This document shows, in pieces, positions 52,200 through 62,522 of a DNA stretch of 64,000 bases (position 1 is its first letter; every line of letters starts with the position of its first letter). The notes below the pieces were generated by a model. The model saw only the letters and a program-made list of their open reading frames with translations. It did not search any database and had not been told where the DNA came from. The stretch comes from Methanocaldococcus indicus (GTDB lineage: Archaea > AGJL01 > Methanococci > Methanococcales > Methanocaldococcaceae): contig NZ_CP186926.1 of assembly GCF_049554935.1 (NCBI RefSeq), positions 1,024,001-1,088,000 on the forward strand. Reading direction: 5' to 3'. Made by a program: the position numbers and the translations under genes.

Positions 52200-53717
52200 A
52201 TGAGAGCTTTAATTTTAGATGGATATACTGATGAGCCAGCAGGTTTAGGAGTTCCTCCATATTTGGGAGTATATCCAAGATATGCTTATGGAGTTTTAGA
52301 TAAATTTAATGTTGAAACAGATTATACAACTATTGATAAATTTAGAGAAAAACCTTTAAATTTAGAAAGATATGATTTAATCATTTGCATATCTGGATTT
52401 CACACTCCTGGGAAGTATCTTTCTGCTAACCCAGCAACATTAAAAGAATTAGCATCAATAGTTTATAAATCTAATGCTATAAAAGTTTTAGGGGGTCCAG
52501 TAGCTACAAAATTTGGCTCTTCTTTTGTTGGAGGAGAGTTAAAAAAAGAAGAGAAATATAAAGAGATTTTTGATGTTGTTGTTGAAGGAGATTTAGAAGC
52601 TGTTTTATATGATTTATTAAATGAAAATTTAAATGTTGAGAAGGTAGATACTGAAAGATTTAGGAGTTATGAAGAATTGAGAGAATTTGCAATTAGAGGA
52701 GCTAAAATAGTAAAAAAACATCCACTATATCCTAATATAATTGTTGAATTGGAGAGTTATAGGGGTTGTGCAAGAGCAATAACAGGAGGATGCTCTTTTT
52801 GTGTTGAACCAAGAAGATTTAAATTGCCAGAATTTAGAGATGAAAGAGATATATATGAAGAAGCTAAAGCTCTCTCATTGGAAGGAATAAAATATTTTAG
52901 AGTTGGGAGACAGCCTTGTATATACAGCTATAAAGCTTTTGATATAGGAAAAGAAGAAGTTCCAAAGCCAAATGTTGATGCAATAGAAAAATTGTTTAAG
53001 TCATTATCATCTCTAAATCCAAAAGTTTTACATATAGATAATGTAAATCCTGCTGTTATAGCAAGATATAAAGAAGAGAGTATGGAAATAACTAAGATTT
53101 TGGTTAAATATTGCACATCTGGAAATGTTGCTGCCTTTGGTGTGGAAAGTTTTGATAAAAAGGTTATAAAAGCCAATAATTTAGGATTTGAGCCAGAGGA
53201 AATTTTAGAGGCAGTTAAAATTTTAAATGAAATTGGAGGAGAGAGAGGAGAAACAGGACTACCAAATTTACTCCCTGGAATCAATCTTCTATTTGGACTA
53301 AAAGGAGAGAGTAAAAGAACATTTAAAATAAACTATGAATATTTAAAGAAAATTTATGATGAGGGATATATGCTCAGAAGAATAAATATAAGGCAAGTAG
53401 TCCCATTTTATGGCACAGATATATGTGAGAAAGATATAAAAAAAGCTGAAAAAAGAAAAAAGTTATTTTTATGGTTTAAAGAGAAAATTAGAGAGGAAAT
53501 AGATAATAAAATGTTAAAAAGAGTTGTTCCAAAAGGAACAATATTAAAAGATGTATTAATTGAGAAAAAGGATAAAAATTTATATTTTGGTAGGCAGTTG
53601 GGCAGTTATCCAATTTTAGTGGGAATAAAAGGAAATGTAAATATTGGTGAATTTGTTGATGTTAAAGTTGTAGATTATGGTTATAGGTCTATAACAGGAG
53701 TTCCTATTAAAAATTAA
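52200..53717 (+). CDS. Radical SAM protein with C-terminal TRAM-like domain
   Basis: DGYTDEPAGLGVPPY N-terminus; RGC-X7-CSFC; RINIRQV; TRAM-like end. Confidence 0.85.
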   Translation: MRALILDGYTDEPAGLGVPPYLGVYPRYAYGVLDKFNVETDYTTIDKFREKPLNLERYDLIICISGFHTPGKYLSANPATLKELASIVYKSNAIKVLGGPVATKFGSSFVGGELKKEEKYKEIFDVVVEGDLEAVLYDLLNENLNVEKVDTERFRSYEELREFAIRGAKIVKKHPLYPNIIVELESYRGCARAITGGCSFCVEPRRFKLPEFRDERDIYEEAKALSLEGIKYFRVGRQPCIYSYKAFDIGKEEVPKPNVDAIEKLFKSLSSLNPKVLHIDNVNPAVIARYKEESMEITKILVKYCTSGNVAAFGVESFDKKVIKANNLGFEPEEILEAVKILNEIGGERGETGLPNLLPGINLLFGLKGESKRTFKINYEYLKKIYDEGYMLRRINIRQVVPFYGTDICEKDIKKAEKRKKLFLWFKEKIREEIDNKMLKRVVPKGTILKDVLIEKKDKNLYFGRQLGSYPILVGIKGNVNIGEFVDVKVVDYGYRSITGVPIKN

Positions 53718-53740
53718 CTTTTTTAGAAGTTAATAAATGA

Positions 53741-54226
53741 ATTTTAATTCTGAAACGGTCTTATTTTAACGCAGGGAAAATATTAGAGAAGAGTATTTCC
53801 ATACCGGGACGGTCTTATTTTAACATTATTGAAAGAAAATTTTACAACTTATACCAGCTATTATTTCCATACCGGGACGGTCTTATTTTAACTATGACAC
53901 TCCTAAAATCCAACAAATCCTTATACACTCATTTCCATACCGGGACGGTCTTATTTTAACTTTAGTTTTTTTAATATCAACTGTCGGAGCAATTCCATTT
54001 CCATACCGGGACGGTCTTATTTTAACCAGATAGCTATACAACAGTAACATCAACAGGAACAATATTTCCATACCGGGACGGTCTTATTTTAACATAAAAA
54101 AATTCCAAGTAAGATTCAAAATATCAAGATATTTCCATACCGGGACGGTCTTATTTTAACGGGATGTTAAATCAGAATGCAATTATAAAAACACAAATTT
54201 CCATACCGGGACGGTCTTATTTTAAC
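53741..54226 (-). CRISPR. CRISPR array, 8 repeats / 7 spacers
   Basis: 30-nt repeat ATTTCCATACCGGGACGGTCTTATTTTAAC (+) at 53795, 53863, 53931, 53997, 54064, 54131, 54197; degenerate copy at 53741; spacers 24, 38, 38, 36, 37, 37, 36 nt. Confidence 0.98.
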
Positions 54227-54560
54227 AGGAAGCACATTTTAGACATAATAATATAACAACGTTCTCATATATAAGCTTTTTGGTACTAAAATTTTCGAAG
54301 GGTAGGTTTCCCTATTCATTTATATACCTTCGAACTTTTATAAAAATCTTTCTATTTCATATTAATCCAATAAAAATTTTTCATATCTAAAAACTAAACC
54401 AATCTATCTGGGATTTTCAAATATTAAAAGAAAAAACATAAAACTACAAAAAATCTCATTAAATTATATAATCAAAATATATAAAATATTCAAAATAACG
54501 ACCCCCTATGAATTTTCCTAAAAATCCTCTAAATTGAAAATATCCTTCTAAAATCAAATA
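54227..54560 (-). promoter_or_regulatory. CRISPR leader (AT-rich, non-coding)
   Basis: Lies on the side opposite the degenerate repeat; TATA-like TTATATAT at about 54266-54273 on the minus strand; outer boundary approximate. Confidence 0.75.
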
Positions 54561-54685
54561 AAATCAAAAAATAAAGATTTTTAGCGTGATAATTGTCATC
54601 TGAATATTTAAAATTATGGTTAGTAAGATATTAATAAAAGCAATTTTATTTTAAAAGTTTAACATTACACCAAAAAGGTGAAAAG

Positions 54686-55921
54686 TTGTTCTTAACATTA
54701 GATGATTTTGATTTTGAAGGGAAAAGGGTTGTTTTAAGAGTAGATATAAATTGTCCAATAAATCCAGAAAATGGAGAAATTTTGGATGATAAAAGAATTA
54801 GAGAAGTTAAGAAAACTATAAATGAGCTATCTAATTCTGGAGCAAGAGTGGTTATTTTAGCTCACCAAAGTAGGCCTGGAAAGAAAGATTTTGCTCCTTT
54901 GGAGGAGCATGCTAAAAAATTAAGTGAGATATTACATAAAGAAGTTAAATATTTGGATGAAATATTTAGTAAGAGAGTTATCAATGAAATAAAAAATATG
55001 GAAGATGGAGATATAATTCTCTTGGAGAATATAAGATTTTATTCAGAAGAAGTTTTAAAAGATTGGAAAAAGTGGGAGAAGATTACTCCAAAAAAACAAG
55101 CAGAAACATTATTAATTAAAAGGTTAGCTCCTCTCTTTGACTATTTTGTTAATGATGCATTTGCAGCTGCTCATAGAGCACAACCTTCATTAGTTGGATT
55201 CTCTTATTATATGCCTATGATTGCTGGTAGATTGATGGAGAAGGAGGTTAATGTTTTATCAAAGGTTGTAGAAAATCCTGATAGTCCTGCTGTATATGTC
55301 TTAGGAGGAGCTAAGGCAGATGACTCTATAAAAGTTATGAAGAATGTATTGGATAGAGTAGATTATATACTAACTGGTGGAATAGTAGCAAATATCTTTT
55401 TGATAGCTAAGGGCTACAACTTAGGTAAGAATTTAGAGATAATTAAAAACTTAGGATATGAGAGTTTAATAGAAGAAGCTAAGAATCTATTAGAAAAATA
55501 TGAAGAAAAAATATATACTCCTGTTGATGTGGCTTTAAATATTAATGGGGAGAGAGTAGAAAAAAAATTAAATGGAGATGTTGAAGAGCTAATAAATGAT
55601 ATTGGAGAGGAGACAATAAAGATATATAGTGAAATTATCAAAAAAGCTAAGACTATTGTTGCTAATGGACCTATGGGAGTATTTGAATTGGAGAACTTTG
55701 CTATTGGAACAATAAAAATTTTAGATGCTATTGCACACTCAAAAGGATTTAAGGTTATTGGAGGGGGACATATAGCAGCTGCAACTGAATTATTTGGATA
55801 TGCTGATAAGATAGACCATATATCTACTGGTGGAGGAGCTACTCTCTCATTCTTGTCTGGGGAAAAACTTCCAGTTATAGAAATGTTGAAAGAATCATAT
55901 TCAAAGTTTAAGCATCCATAA
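54686..55921 (+). CDS. pgk: Phosphoglycerate kinase
   Basis: [29 protein letters not shown]; TTG start. Confidence 0.97.
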   Translation: MFLTLDDFDFEGKRVVLRVDINCPINPENGEILDDKRIREVKKTINELSNSGARVVILAHQSRPGKKDFAPLEEHAKKLSEILHKEVKYLDEIFSKRVINEIKNMEDGDIILLENIRFYSEEVLKDWKKWEKITPKKQAETLLIKRLAPLFDYFVNDAFAAAHRAQPSLVGFSYYMPMIAGRLMEKEVNVLSKVVENPDSPAVYVLGGAKADDSIKVMKNVLDRVDYILTGGIVANIFLIAKGYNLGKNLEIIKNLGYESLIEEAKNLLEKYEEKIYTPVDVALNINGERVEKKLNGDVEELINDIGEETIKIYSEIIKKAKTIVANGPMGVFELENFAIGTIKILDAIAHSKGFKVIGGGHIAAATELFGYADKIDHISTGGGATLSFLSGEKLPVIEMLKESYSKFKHP

Positions 55922-56126
55922 TTTTATTGAATATAAGTAAATCAAACTTAGAAACTTCTATTAACCCCAAAAATATAATTCTTTTTATACAACCATTTTC
56001 AATAGAGCAGTAGTAAAAGTAGTAGTCCTCTACAACAAAAATAGCACCATCATCTTTACAAAAGAGAATATGTATATTATCTTTCTCAAAAAATCTTTTT
56101 AAATAGGATAATATTTCGGGCGCCAT
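55908..56126 (-). CDS. Short hypothetical ORF
   Basis: 72-aa ORF filling the tiaS-pgk gap; no recognisable motif or SD. Confidence 0.3.
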   Translation of the reverse strand: MAPEILSYLKRFFEKDNIHILFCKDDGAIFVVEDYYFYYCSIENGCIKRIIFLGLIEVSKFDLLIFNKIMDA

Positions 56127-56169
56127 ATAATATAGATGGCATATTGTGTTTTGTATTGTTTTTAGGTGT

Positions 56170-57429
56170 TTAACTAATCAAGTCAATCAGTTGGATAGGT
56201 TTAGATAAGTGTCTCCTTGCAGATGGAGGAACTTCATAAAAACCAATTTTTATATTCCTCTCAACTATTATTTTTTTTACACTTTCCTTATTAAAAGAGC
56301 TTTTACATTTTTTACATTTAAATGTAGTTCTTCCTTTAGATTTTAGAGTTCCACCACATAAAGGACATTCTTTAATATATTCAAATTTTTCAGCCAATTT
56401 TAAAATCTTAATTTTCTCTATATTTATAGTTAAAGGTTTTTCTCTAACTGTTCCATAAACTGCTATATAGTCTCCAACTATCAACTCTCTAATTATGTCT
56501 CTAAACTTTTTAGTTGGTTCATAAGCTATACAATCTATCTCTCCTGTATCATCCTTTAATTTAAATTTCACATGCCCTCCTTCTAAGTTTTTTGGCTCCT
56601 CTGATAAATAGCCATATACAATAACTCCTGTGTTTGGATATATATCCTTAATTTTCATATATCTTAGATGAGCATCAGTTCCATGATTTGTTTTAAATAT
56701 TAAAAATCTCTCTGATTTTTCTCCTTTAACTAAAAAATGAGCATCTATTAAATATTTTATATCTATTCCTCTTATTCCATACAAAACTGGACATGGAGTA
56801 TTTGGAGTTATTAAAATTTTTTTATTCTCATAGTCATAGTTATCAAATGTGTATGGGAAAGTTTCTTTATCCATCTTTATAACACTATCCTCATCAATTA
56901 TCCTTTTTGTTCCCCATCTATCTCTATATCTATAAGCTATTAGTTCATAAGTATATGGTGGAGTTGATGATATAGCTCCTAAAGCTCCTATAATTCCTCT
57001 CCCTAATTTATATTTTATACTATATCCATTTACCAATTTAATGATTTTTTCAGCATAATCAACATCAACAATATTATATAAAACCTCTTTATAATAGTTC
57101 TTTAGAATCTCTCTATGGTTTTTATAGTTCTTATGCTCCAAAAATACAACTCCTGGATTTGTATTTTCATCTTCTAAATCTGAGTACTTCTCAACAAAGT
57201 CAATAACCAAATCTTTTATAAATTTAAAATCTTCTCTTTTGTAGTTTAAAATTCTTAAAGAAACTCCTCCATTACCTCTTGTTTTGTATTTAACAGAAGG
57301 ATTAAATCTAATTAGTTTTGGAATATCTAAAATAAATCCATTGTTTTTTAGTTCTTCATATAGAAGAGTAGCTAAGTATGTTGTGCATAATTTCCTTCTA
57401 CTGTCTGTATCATCTATTCCAATGAACAT
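56170..57429 (-). CDS. tiaS: tRNA(Ile2) agmatinylcytidine synthase
   Basis: [26 protein letters not shown] fold, CPLCGG, RRHLSKP. Confidence 0.95.
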   Translation of the reverse strand: MFIGIDDTDSRRKLCTTYLATLLYEELKNNGFILDIPKLIRFNPSVKYKTRGNGGVSLRILNYKREDFKFIKDLVIDFVEKYSDLEDENTNPGVVFLEHKNYKNHREILKNYYKEVLYNIVDVDYAEKIIKLVNGYSIKYKLGRGIIGALGAISSTPPYTYELIAYRYRDRWGTKRIIDEDSVIKMDKETFPYTFDNYDYENKKILITPNTPCPVLYGIRGIDIKYLIDAHFLVKGEKSERFLIFKTNHGTDAHLRYMKIKDIYPNTGVIVYGYLSEEPKNLEGGHVKFKLKDDTGEIDCIAYEPTKKFRDIIRELIVGDYIAVYGTVREKPLTINIEKIKILKLAEKFEYIKECPLCGGTLKSKGRTTFKCKKCKSSFNKESVKKIIVERNIKIGFYEVPPSARRHLSKPIQLIDLIS

Positions 57430-58334
57430 ACTTCCACCAATACTCTAAGAATATCTTTTAAATTCTCTTTTAAATCCCTTTTTTCAATCTTTTTAGTCTC
57501 AAAAACAACTCCTTTTCTTAAAATTCTATCATAAGTCGGGCAAATTGTAGTTAAAGATTTTTTATTATCTAATTTAATTTTTGAATTTATAATTTTAGAT
57601 AACTCTCTTGGATTATTACACTCAATAAAAATAGATAAACTCTCACTATTTTTAAAATAAGTATTTTTAATTCTCTTTTTTAAGAAGTTGTTAGATTTTA
57701 TATATAATCTATATGTCTTTTTAGCTTCTAACAATTCCTCTTTTAGTATGTTGAAGTAGTTTATAGTTTTGTATGTCTTATATATATCTAAAAACTCATC
57801 CTTTATTTTTTTAAATATCTCTTCTTTAATACCTAAGAAACCTCCATATTCACAATTTAAAATTTTTGGACTTCCAGTAGAACAAACAACTAAATCTCCA
57901 TATCCACAATCTCCTCCAATTTTGTTGGATATATCTTCAATAAATAAAATGTTATTTTCATCACATGCCTCTCTAATCTCTTTTAATGGATTCTCTGCAA
58001 GATATCCAGAGAGAGATGTTAAAATTAAGGCTTTATCTTTGTAGTTTATATTCTCTATTACTCCTAAATTAGTTTCTATTTTTTCAATATTTAAATTAAA
58101 GATTTTAGGATATTTTAAAAATCCTTTCCATCCTCCCATATCAGGAACTAATATTGTGTCATAAAATTTCTTAGCTATAAAAATAGATAAAAAAACACCT
58201 GCACTTCCAGAAGGTAAGAAAAATATTTTATATTCATTATTTAGTAGAGAGTTTATAATCTCTTTACAAATCTCTTCATCTCCCTCTTTATCAACTTTTG
58301 GAGCTCTTCTATGTCTTAAATATATAAAAATCAC
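57414..58334 (-). CDS. PLP-dependent transferase-fold protein (DegT/SepSecS-like), function unknown
   Basis: PSGSAG, PDMGGW, IEDIS, STGSPK..GGF. Confidence 0.7.
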   Translation of the reverse strand: MIFIYLRHRRAPKVDKEGDEEICKEIINSLLNNEYKIFFLPSGSAGVFLSIFIAKKFYDTILVPDMGGWKGFLKYPKIFNLNIEKIETNLGVIENINYKDKALILTSLSGYLAENPLKEIREACDENNILFIEDISNKIGGDCGYGDLVVCSTGSPKILNCEYGGFLGIKEEIFKKIKDEFLDIYKTYKTINYFNILKEELLEAKKTYRLYIKSNNFLKKRIKNTYFKNSESLSIFIECNNPRELSKIINSKIKLDNKKSLTTICPTYDRILRKGVVFETKKIEKRDLKENLKDILRVLVEVCSLE

Positions 58335-58338
58335 CTTT

Positions 58339-59409
58339 TTATGGTTTTAAATAAAAGAGATGTGAAATGCATGAACAATCAGAACATCCAAATTTTTTAA
58401 TTGGTATTAAAATATCTCTTAGCTCTTGAGCAACTTCACACTCAACTTTTTTATTGGTTATATAGATTTCCTCAATTTTTCCATACTTTAAAAGATAGTC
58501 AATATGCCAATGTAATTTTTTATCATCTCTTAAATGTCTCCCAATTCTATTTTTTAAATTTATACTATTTCCAAAAGCAGAACCCACATAGAAATAATAT
58601 CCTTTTTTAAAAAATTCTTCATTATTACCAAATTTTATTTTTCTACCATTTTTTAGTTTTATTTTTAGTATATAGGTTCCTTTTTCTTTTGTAATATTAT
58701 TTTTACTAACTTTTTTGAAATTATATTTATCTAAAACTTCTTTTATCTTTGTTAATTTCTTATAGTAAGGACAGATTTCTTTAATCTCTTTAAAGCATTT
58801 ATCACATCTTGGCTTAACATTACATATCTCCCTACCAAATACAACTAATAAATTATTTATTTCCTTCCAATACTTTTTTGGTAATATTTTTCTTAGCTCT
58901 TTTTCAGTTTCTTCAGGTGTTTCAGTATCTACAAACTCCCATCTATTGCATATTCTATGGACATGAGTATCTACACAAATCCCATCTTTATTAAAAGCTA
59001 AGGTTAATACTAAATTAGCTGTTTTCCTACCAACACCTGGAAGTTTTAATAACTCTTCTAAATTGTCAGGAATTTCTCCATTGTATTTATCTTTTAAAGT
59101 TTTAGCAAGTTCTTTTAATTTTTTAGCTTTTACTTTATAAAATCCAGCTGGATAAATTAGATTAGAAAGCTCTTCTTCATCAATATTTATTAAATCATCA
59201 ACATCTTTAACTCTTTTAAACAATTTTTTACTAACCTCCTCTGTTACTTCATCTCTTGTCCTTGCACTTATAATAGTTGATACTAAAACTTTAAAAGGAC
59301 TATTTTCTTTTGAAATTTCTGTTACAACAGCATCTTTTTTTATCTTCTCTTTTAATATATCCAATAGTTTTGTATTTATATTACCACCTTCAAATATTTG
59401 AATTAACAT
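58339..59409 (-). CDS. nth: Endonuclease III (HhH-GPD, 4Fe-4S) fused to a DUF123/GIY-YIG domain
   Basis: [23 protein letters not shown]; C-terminal GTYIL...YVGSA...RIGRH...WHIDYL...GCSDC.C.SHL; start uncertain. Confidence 0.9.
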   Translation of the reverse strand: MLIQIFEGGNINTKLLDILKEKIKKDAVVTEISKENSPFKVLVSTIISARTRDEVTEEVSKKLFKRVKDVDDLINIDEEELSNLIYPAGFYKVKAKKLKELAKTLKDKYNGEIPDNLEELLKLPGVGRKTANLVLTLAFNKDGICVDTHVHRICNRWEFVDTETPEETEKELRKILPKKYWKEINNLLVVFGREICNVKPRCDKCFKEIKEICPYYKKLTKIKEVLDKYNFKKVSKNNITKEKGTYILKIKLKNGRKIKFGNNEEFFKKGYYFYVGSAFGNSINLKNRIGRHLRDDKKLHWHIDYLLKYGKIEEIYITNKKVECEVAQELRDILIPIKKFGCSDCSCISHLFYLKP

Positions 59410-59481
59410 ATAAGAAGTATTATATAACTGTTTTGTATATATAATGATTATTGCTCAATAGTTATTACTTTGGTGATTACC

Positions 59482-60594
59482 TTGAAATTACCAACAACAA
59501 ATAAAAGATTACTATTTTCCAAAATTAAAACTTATGATGAGACACTACCATCTTTAAAGAGAGTTATTATTGAACCTGTTGGATTTCCAATTAAAGTAAG
59601 TAATAGCGAGAATGTTAAAGTTTCTGCTGAGAACTTAGATTTATTTAATATCTATGCGAGAGACCAATGGATTGGTGAGATTGTAAAGGAAGGGGATTAT
59701 TTATTTGATAATTCAATTATTCCTGACTATGCATTTAGAGTAATTTCCACATATCCAAAAGGAGGAGGACTAATAACGAGTGACACTTACTTTATACTAC
59801 AACAACCTAAAAAAATTATAAGAACACAATTTAAAAAAGCTAAGTTTGATGATATTATAGGACAGGAACATGCTAAAAAGAAATGTAAAATAATAATGAA
59901 GTATTTAGAGAATCCTAAACTATTTGGGGAGTGGGCTCCAAGAAATATATTGTTTTATGGACCTCCTGGAACTGGAAAGACATTAATGGCAAGGGCATTA
60001 GCAACAGAAACAGATTCCTCATTTATATTAATAAAAGCTCCTGAGTTGATAGGAGAACATGTAGGAGATTCATCTAAGATGATTAGAGAACTCTATAAAA
60101 AAGCTGAAGAATCTGCTCCATGTATTGTATTTATTGATGAGTTAGATGCAATAGGGTTGAGTAGAGAGTATCAATCTTTAAGGGGAGATGTCTCTGAGGT
60201 AGTAAATGCACTATTAACTGAATTGGATGGAATTAAAGAGCATGAGGGAGTAGTTACTATTGCAGCAACTAATAATCCTGCAATGTTAGATACAGCAATT
60301 AGAAGTAGATTTGAGGAAGAAATAGAATTTAAACTACCAAATGATGAAGAAAGATTAAAAATTATGGAGTTGTATGCAAAAACATTGCCATTACCAATTA
60401 AAGCAAATTTAAAAGAATTTGTAGAAAAAACTAAAGGATTTAGTGGTAGAGATATTAAAGAGAAGTTTTTAAAACCTGCTTTACACAAAGCAATTATTGA
60501 AGATAAGGAATTTATTGATAGAGAGGATTTACTATGGGCAATTAAAAATATTAAGAAAAATGTTAGAGAAGCTCCTCAACACCTCTATCTATAA
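59482..60594 (+). CDS. Single-domain AAA ATPase (archaeal AMA-like)
   Basis: GPPGTGKT, IVFIDELD, AATN..LD.AIRSRF. Confidence 0.9.
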   Translation: MKLPTTNKRLLFSKIKTYDETLPSLKRVIIEPVGFPIKVSNSENVKVSAENLDLFNIYARDQWIGEIVKEGDYLFDNSIIPDYAFRVISTYPKGGGLITSDTYFILQQPKKIIRTQFKKAKFDDIIGQEHAKKKCKIIMKYLENPKLFGEWAPRNILFYGPPGTGKTLMARALATETDSSFILIKAPELIGEHVGDSSKMIRELYKKAEESAPCIVFIDELDAIGLSREYQSLRGDVSEVVNALLTELDGIKEHEGVVTIAATNNPAMLDTAIRSRFEEEIEFKLPNDEERLKIMELYAKTLPLPIKANLKEFVEKTKGFSGRDIKEKFLKPALHKAIIEDKEFIDREDLLWAIKNIKKNVREAPQHLYL

Positions 60595-61216
60595 TATAAT
60601 CCTCAACTATCCACAACCTATCTTTATTTTTTCTATACAATATTAACAACTTGTATATTATTTCCTGATTATCTCTATTGAATATTTCTCTAATAACTAT
60701 ATCATAAATTTCAAAATCATCAACATCATTATTTATTAGTTCTTCAACTACTTTAATAAGTTCAGAGTCATCTAATTTTTTAATATTGTTCTTTAAAAAT
60801 GTTCTTAAAGTGTAGATGTTCTTTTTTTCTAACTTAGATAATTTAATTAAATTTTTAATTTTGTTAAATAATGAATCTACTTCAATAAATTCCTCCCATA
60901 AAAAATTATTTGTAATTATCTTTTCTAAGAGCTTAATGATATCTTCCTTTGATTGTTTCATAATATTATTAAATATTTCTTCCCCATCAATAAACATATT
61001 ATTTTTATATGCCAAATACAAAGCATATCCATGCTTACAGTTGTATTTATATGGGCAGGAGCATATACTCTCTAAGGTATCTAAGTTAAACTTTACTTTA
61101 TATATTTTAGAACCAACAACTTCTCCAAATAAATAATTTTTGTATTTTACACAATATCTAACTAAACCTAACTTAAAATATTGCTCTCCTCTTTTTTTGA
61201 CAAGTTCATCAAACAT
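60563..61216 (-). CDS. SWIM zinc-finger protein
   Basis: RG..Y...GEVVGS..Y...CSCP...CKH. Confidence 0.88.
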   Translation of the reverse strand: MFDELVKKRGEQYFKLGLVRYCVKYKNYLFGEVVGSKIYKVKFNLDTLESICSCPYKYNCKHGYALYLAYKNNMFIDGEEIFNNIMKQSKEDIIKLLEKIITNNFLWEEFIEVDSLFNKIKNLIKLSKLEKKNIYTLRTFLKNNIKKLDDSELIKVVEELINNDVDDFEIYDIVIREIFNRDNQEIIYKLLILYRKNKDRLWIVEDYIIDRGVEELL

Positions 61217-61321
61217 AATAATCACTAATAATATATAAATAAATTAATTTTAGAAAAGTATATATAGAAGTTTTACTAACATATATAAATAATTTTCGTA
61301 AATTATATAAAGGGGTTTATT

Positions 61322-61522
61322 TTGAAAATAAAAATACTACATAAAACTCCTAAAGGTTTTTTTATCGGTAGAGGATTTGTGAAGATAGGAACTGATGTTT
61401 TTTATAAACGTAAAAAAGTTGGGAAGGTTGTTGATATTTTTGGCCCAGTAAAAAATCCATATATTAAAATAAAACCATATAAAAAAGATATTGTTTTAGA
61501 TGTTGTCTATACTAATAAATAA
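61322..61522 (+). CDS. gar1: H/ACA RNP protein Gar1
   Basis: [15 protein letters not shown]; directly upstream of tfb. Confidence 0.88.
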   Translation: MKIKILHKTPKGFFIGRGFVKIGTDVFYKRKKVGKVVDIFGPVKNPYIKIKPYKKDIVLDVVYTNK

Positions 61523-61538
61523 TTTTTTAGGGATTCCT

Positions 61539-62513
61539 ATGTCTAATTTAAAAGAAATCCAAAAAGAGTTAGAAAAAAAATTAGATAAAAAAGAAGAAAA
61601 AAAGGAAGAAGAAATAGTATGTCCTATTTGTGGTAGTAAAGAAGTTATAAAAGATTATGAAAGGGCTGAAATTGTTTGTTCTGTGTGTGGATGTGTAATT
61701 AAAGAGAACTTATTTGATGTTGGGCCAGAATGGAGAGCATTTGACCATGAACAAAAAATGAAAAGATGTAGAGTAGGAGCTCCTACAACACTAACAATTC
61801 ATGATAAAGGACTTTCAACAGTTATTGATTGGAAAGATAAAGATAGTTATGGAAAGGATATATCTGCAAATAAAAAAGCTCAATTATATAGATTAAGAAA
61901 ATGGCAAAGAAGAATTAGAGTATGTGATGCCTCTGAAAGAAACTTAGCATTTGCATTATCTGAGTTAGATAGAATAGCAGCTAAGTTAAATCTTCCTAAA
62001 CATGTTAAGGAACATGCTGCAAGAATATATAGAAATGCTGTTGAGAAGGGATTAATTAGAGGTAGAAGTATTGAAGGAGTTGTTACTGCTGCTATATATG
62101 CAGCATGTAGAATTTGTAGAGTTCCAAGAACTTTGGATGAGATTGCAGAAGTTTCAAGAGTAGAAAGAAAAGAGATAGGTAGAACATACAGATTCTTAGC
62201 AAGAGAATTGGGAATAAAATTAACCCCAACAAGTCCAATAGATTATGTTCCAAGATTTGCCTCAGCTCTTGGCTTACCAGGAGAAGTGGAAAGTAAAGCA
62301 ATACAAATTTTAGAAAAAGCAGCTGAAAAAGGATTAACAAGTGGTAGAGGGCCTACTGGAGTTGCAGCAGCTGCAATATATATAGCAAGTGTCTTATTAG
62401 GACATAGAAAAACACAGAGAGAAGTTGCAGAAGTTGCAGGTGTAACTGAGGTAACAATAAGAAATAGATATAAGGAATTAACTGAACATTTAGATATTGA
62501 TGTTACTCTATAA
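61539..62513 (+). CDS. tfb: Transcription initiation factor IIB (TFB), intein-free
   Basis: CPICG zinc ribbon, GPEWRAF, two cyclin repeats. Confidence 0.97.
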   Translation: MSNLKEIQKELEKKLDKKEEKKEEEIVCPICGSKEVIKDYERAEIVCSVCGCVIKENLFDVGPEWRAFDHEQKMKRCRVGAPTTLTIHDKGLSTVIDWKDKDSYGKDISANKKAQLYRLRKWQRRIRVCDASERNLAFALSELDRIAAKLNLPKHVKEHAARIYRNAVEKGLIRGRSIEGVVTAAIYAACRICRVPRTLDEIAEVSRVERKEIGRTYRFLARELGIKLTPTSPIDYVPRFASALGLPGEVESKAIQILEKAAEKGLTSGRGPTGVAAAAIYIASVLLGHRKTQREVAEVAGVTEVTIRNRYKELTEHLDIDVTL

Positions 62514-62522
62514 AGGGGGAAT

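Noticed and set aside
56118-56142. Small hairpin GCCAT...ATGGC at the start of the 72-aa ORF
   Set aside because: Short, imperfect stem with no further support; may be chance or a tiaS terminator
61539-62513. Possible intein in TFB (present in M. jannaschii as I recall)
   Set aside because: The sequence is contiguous ([14 protein letters not shown]) and of normal length
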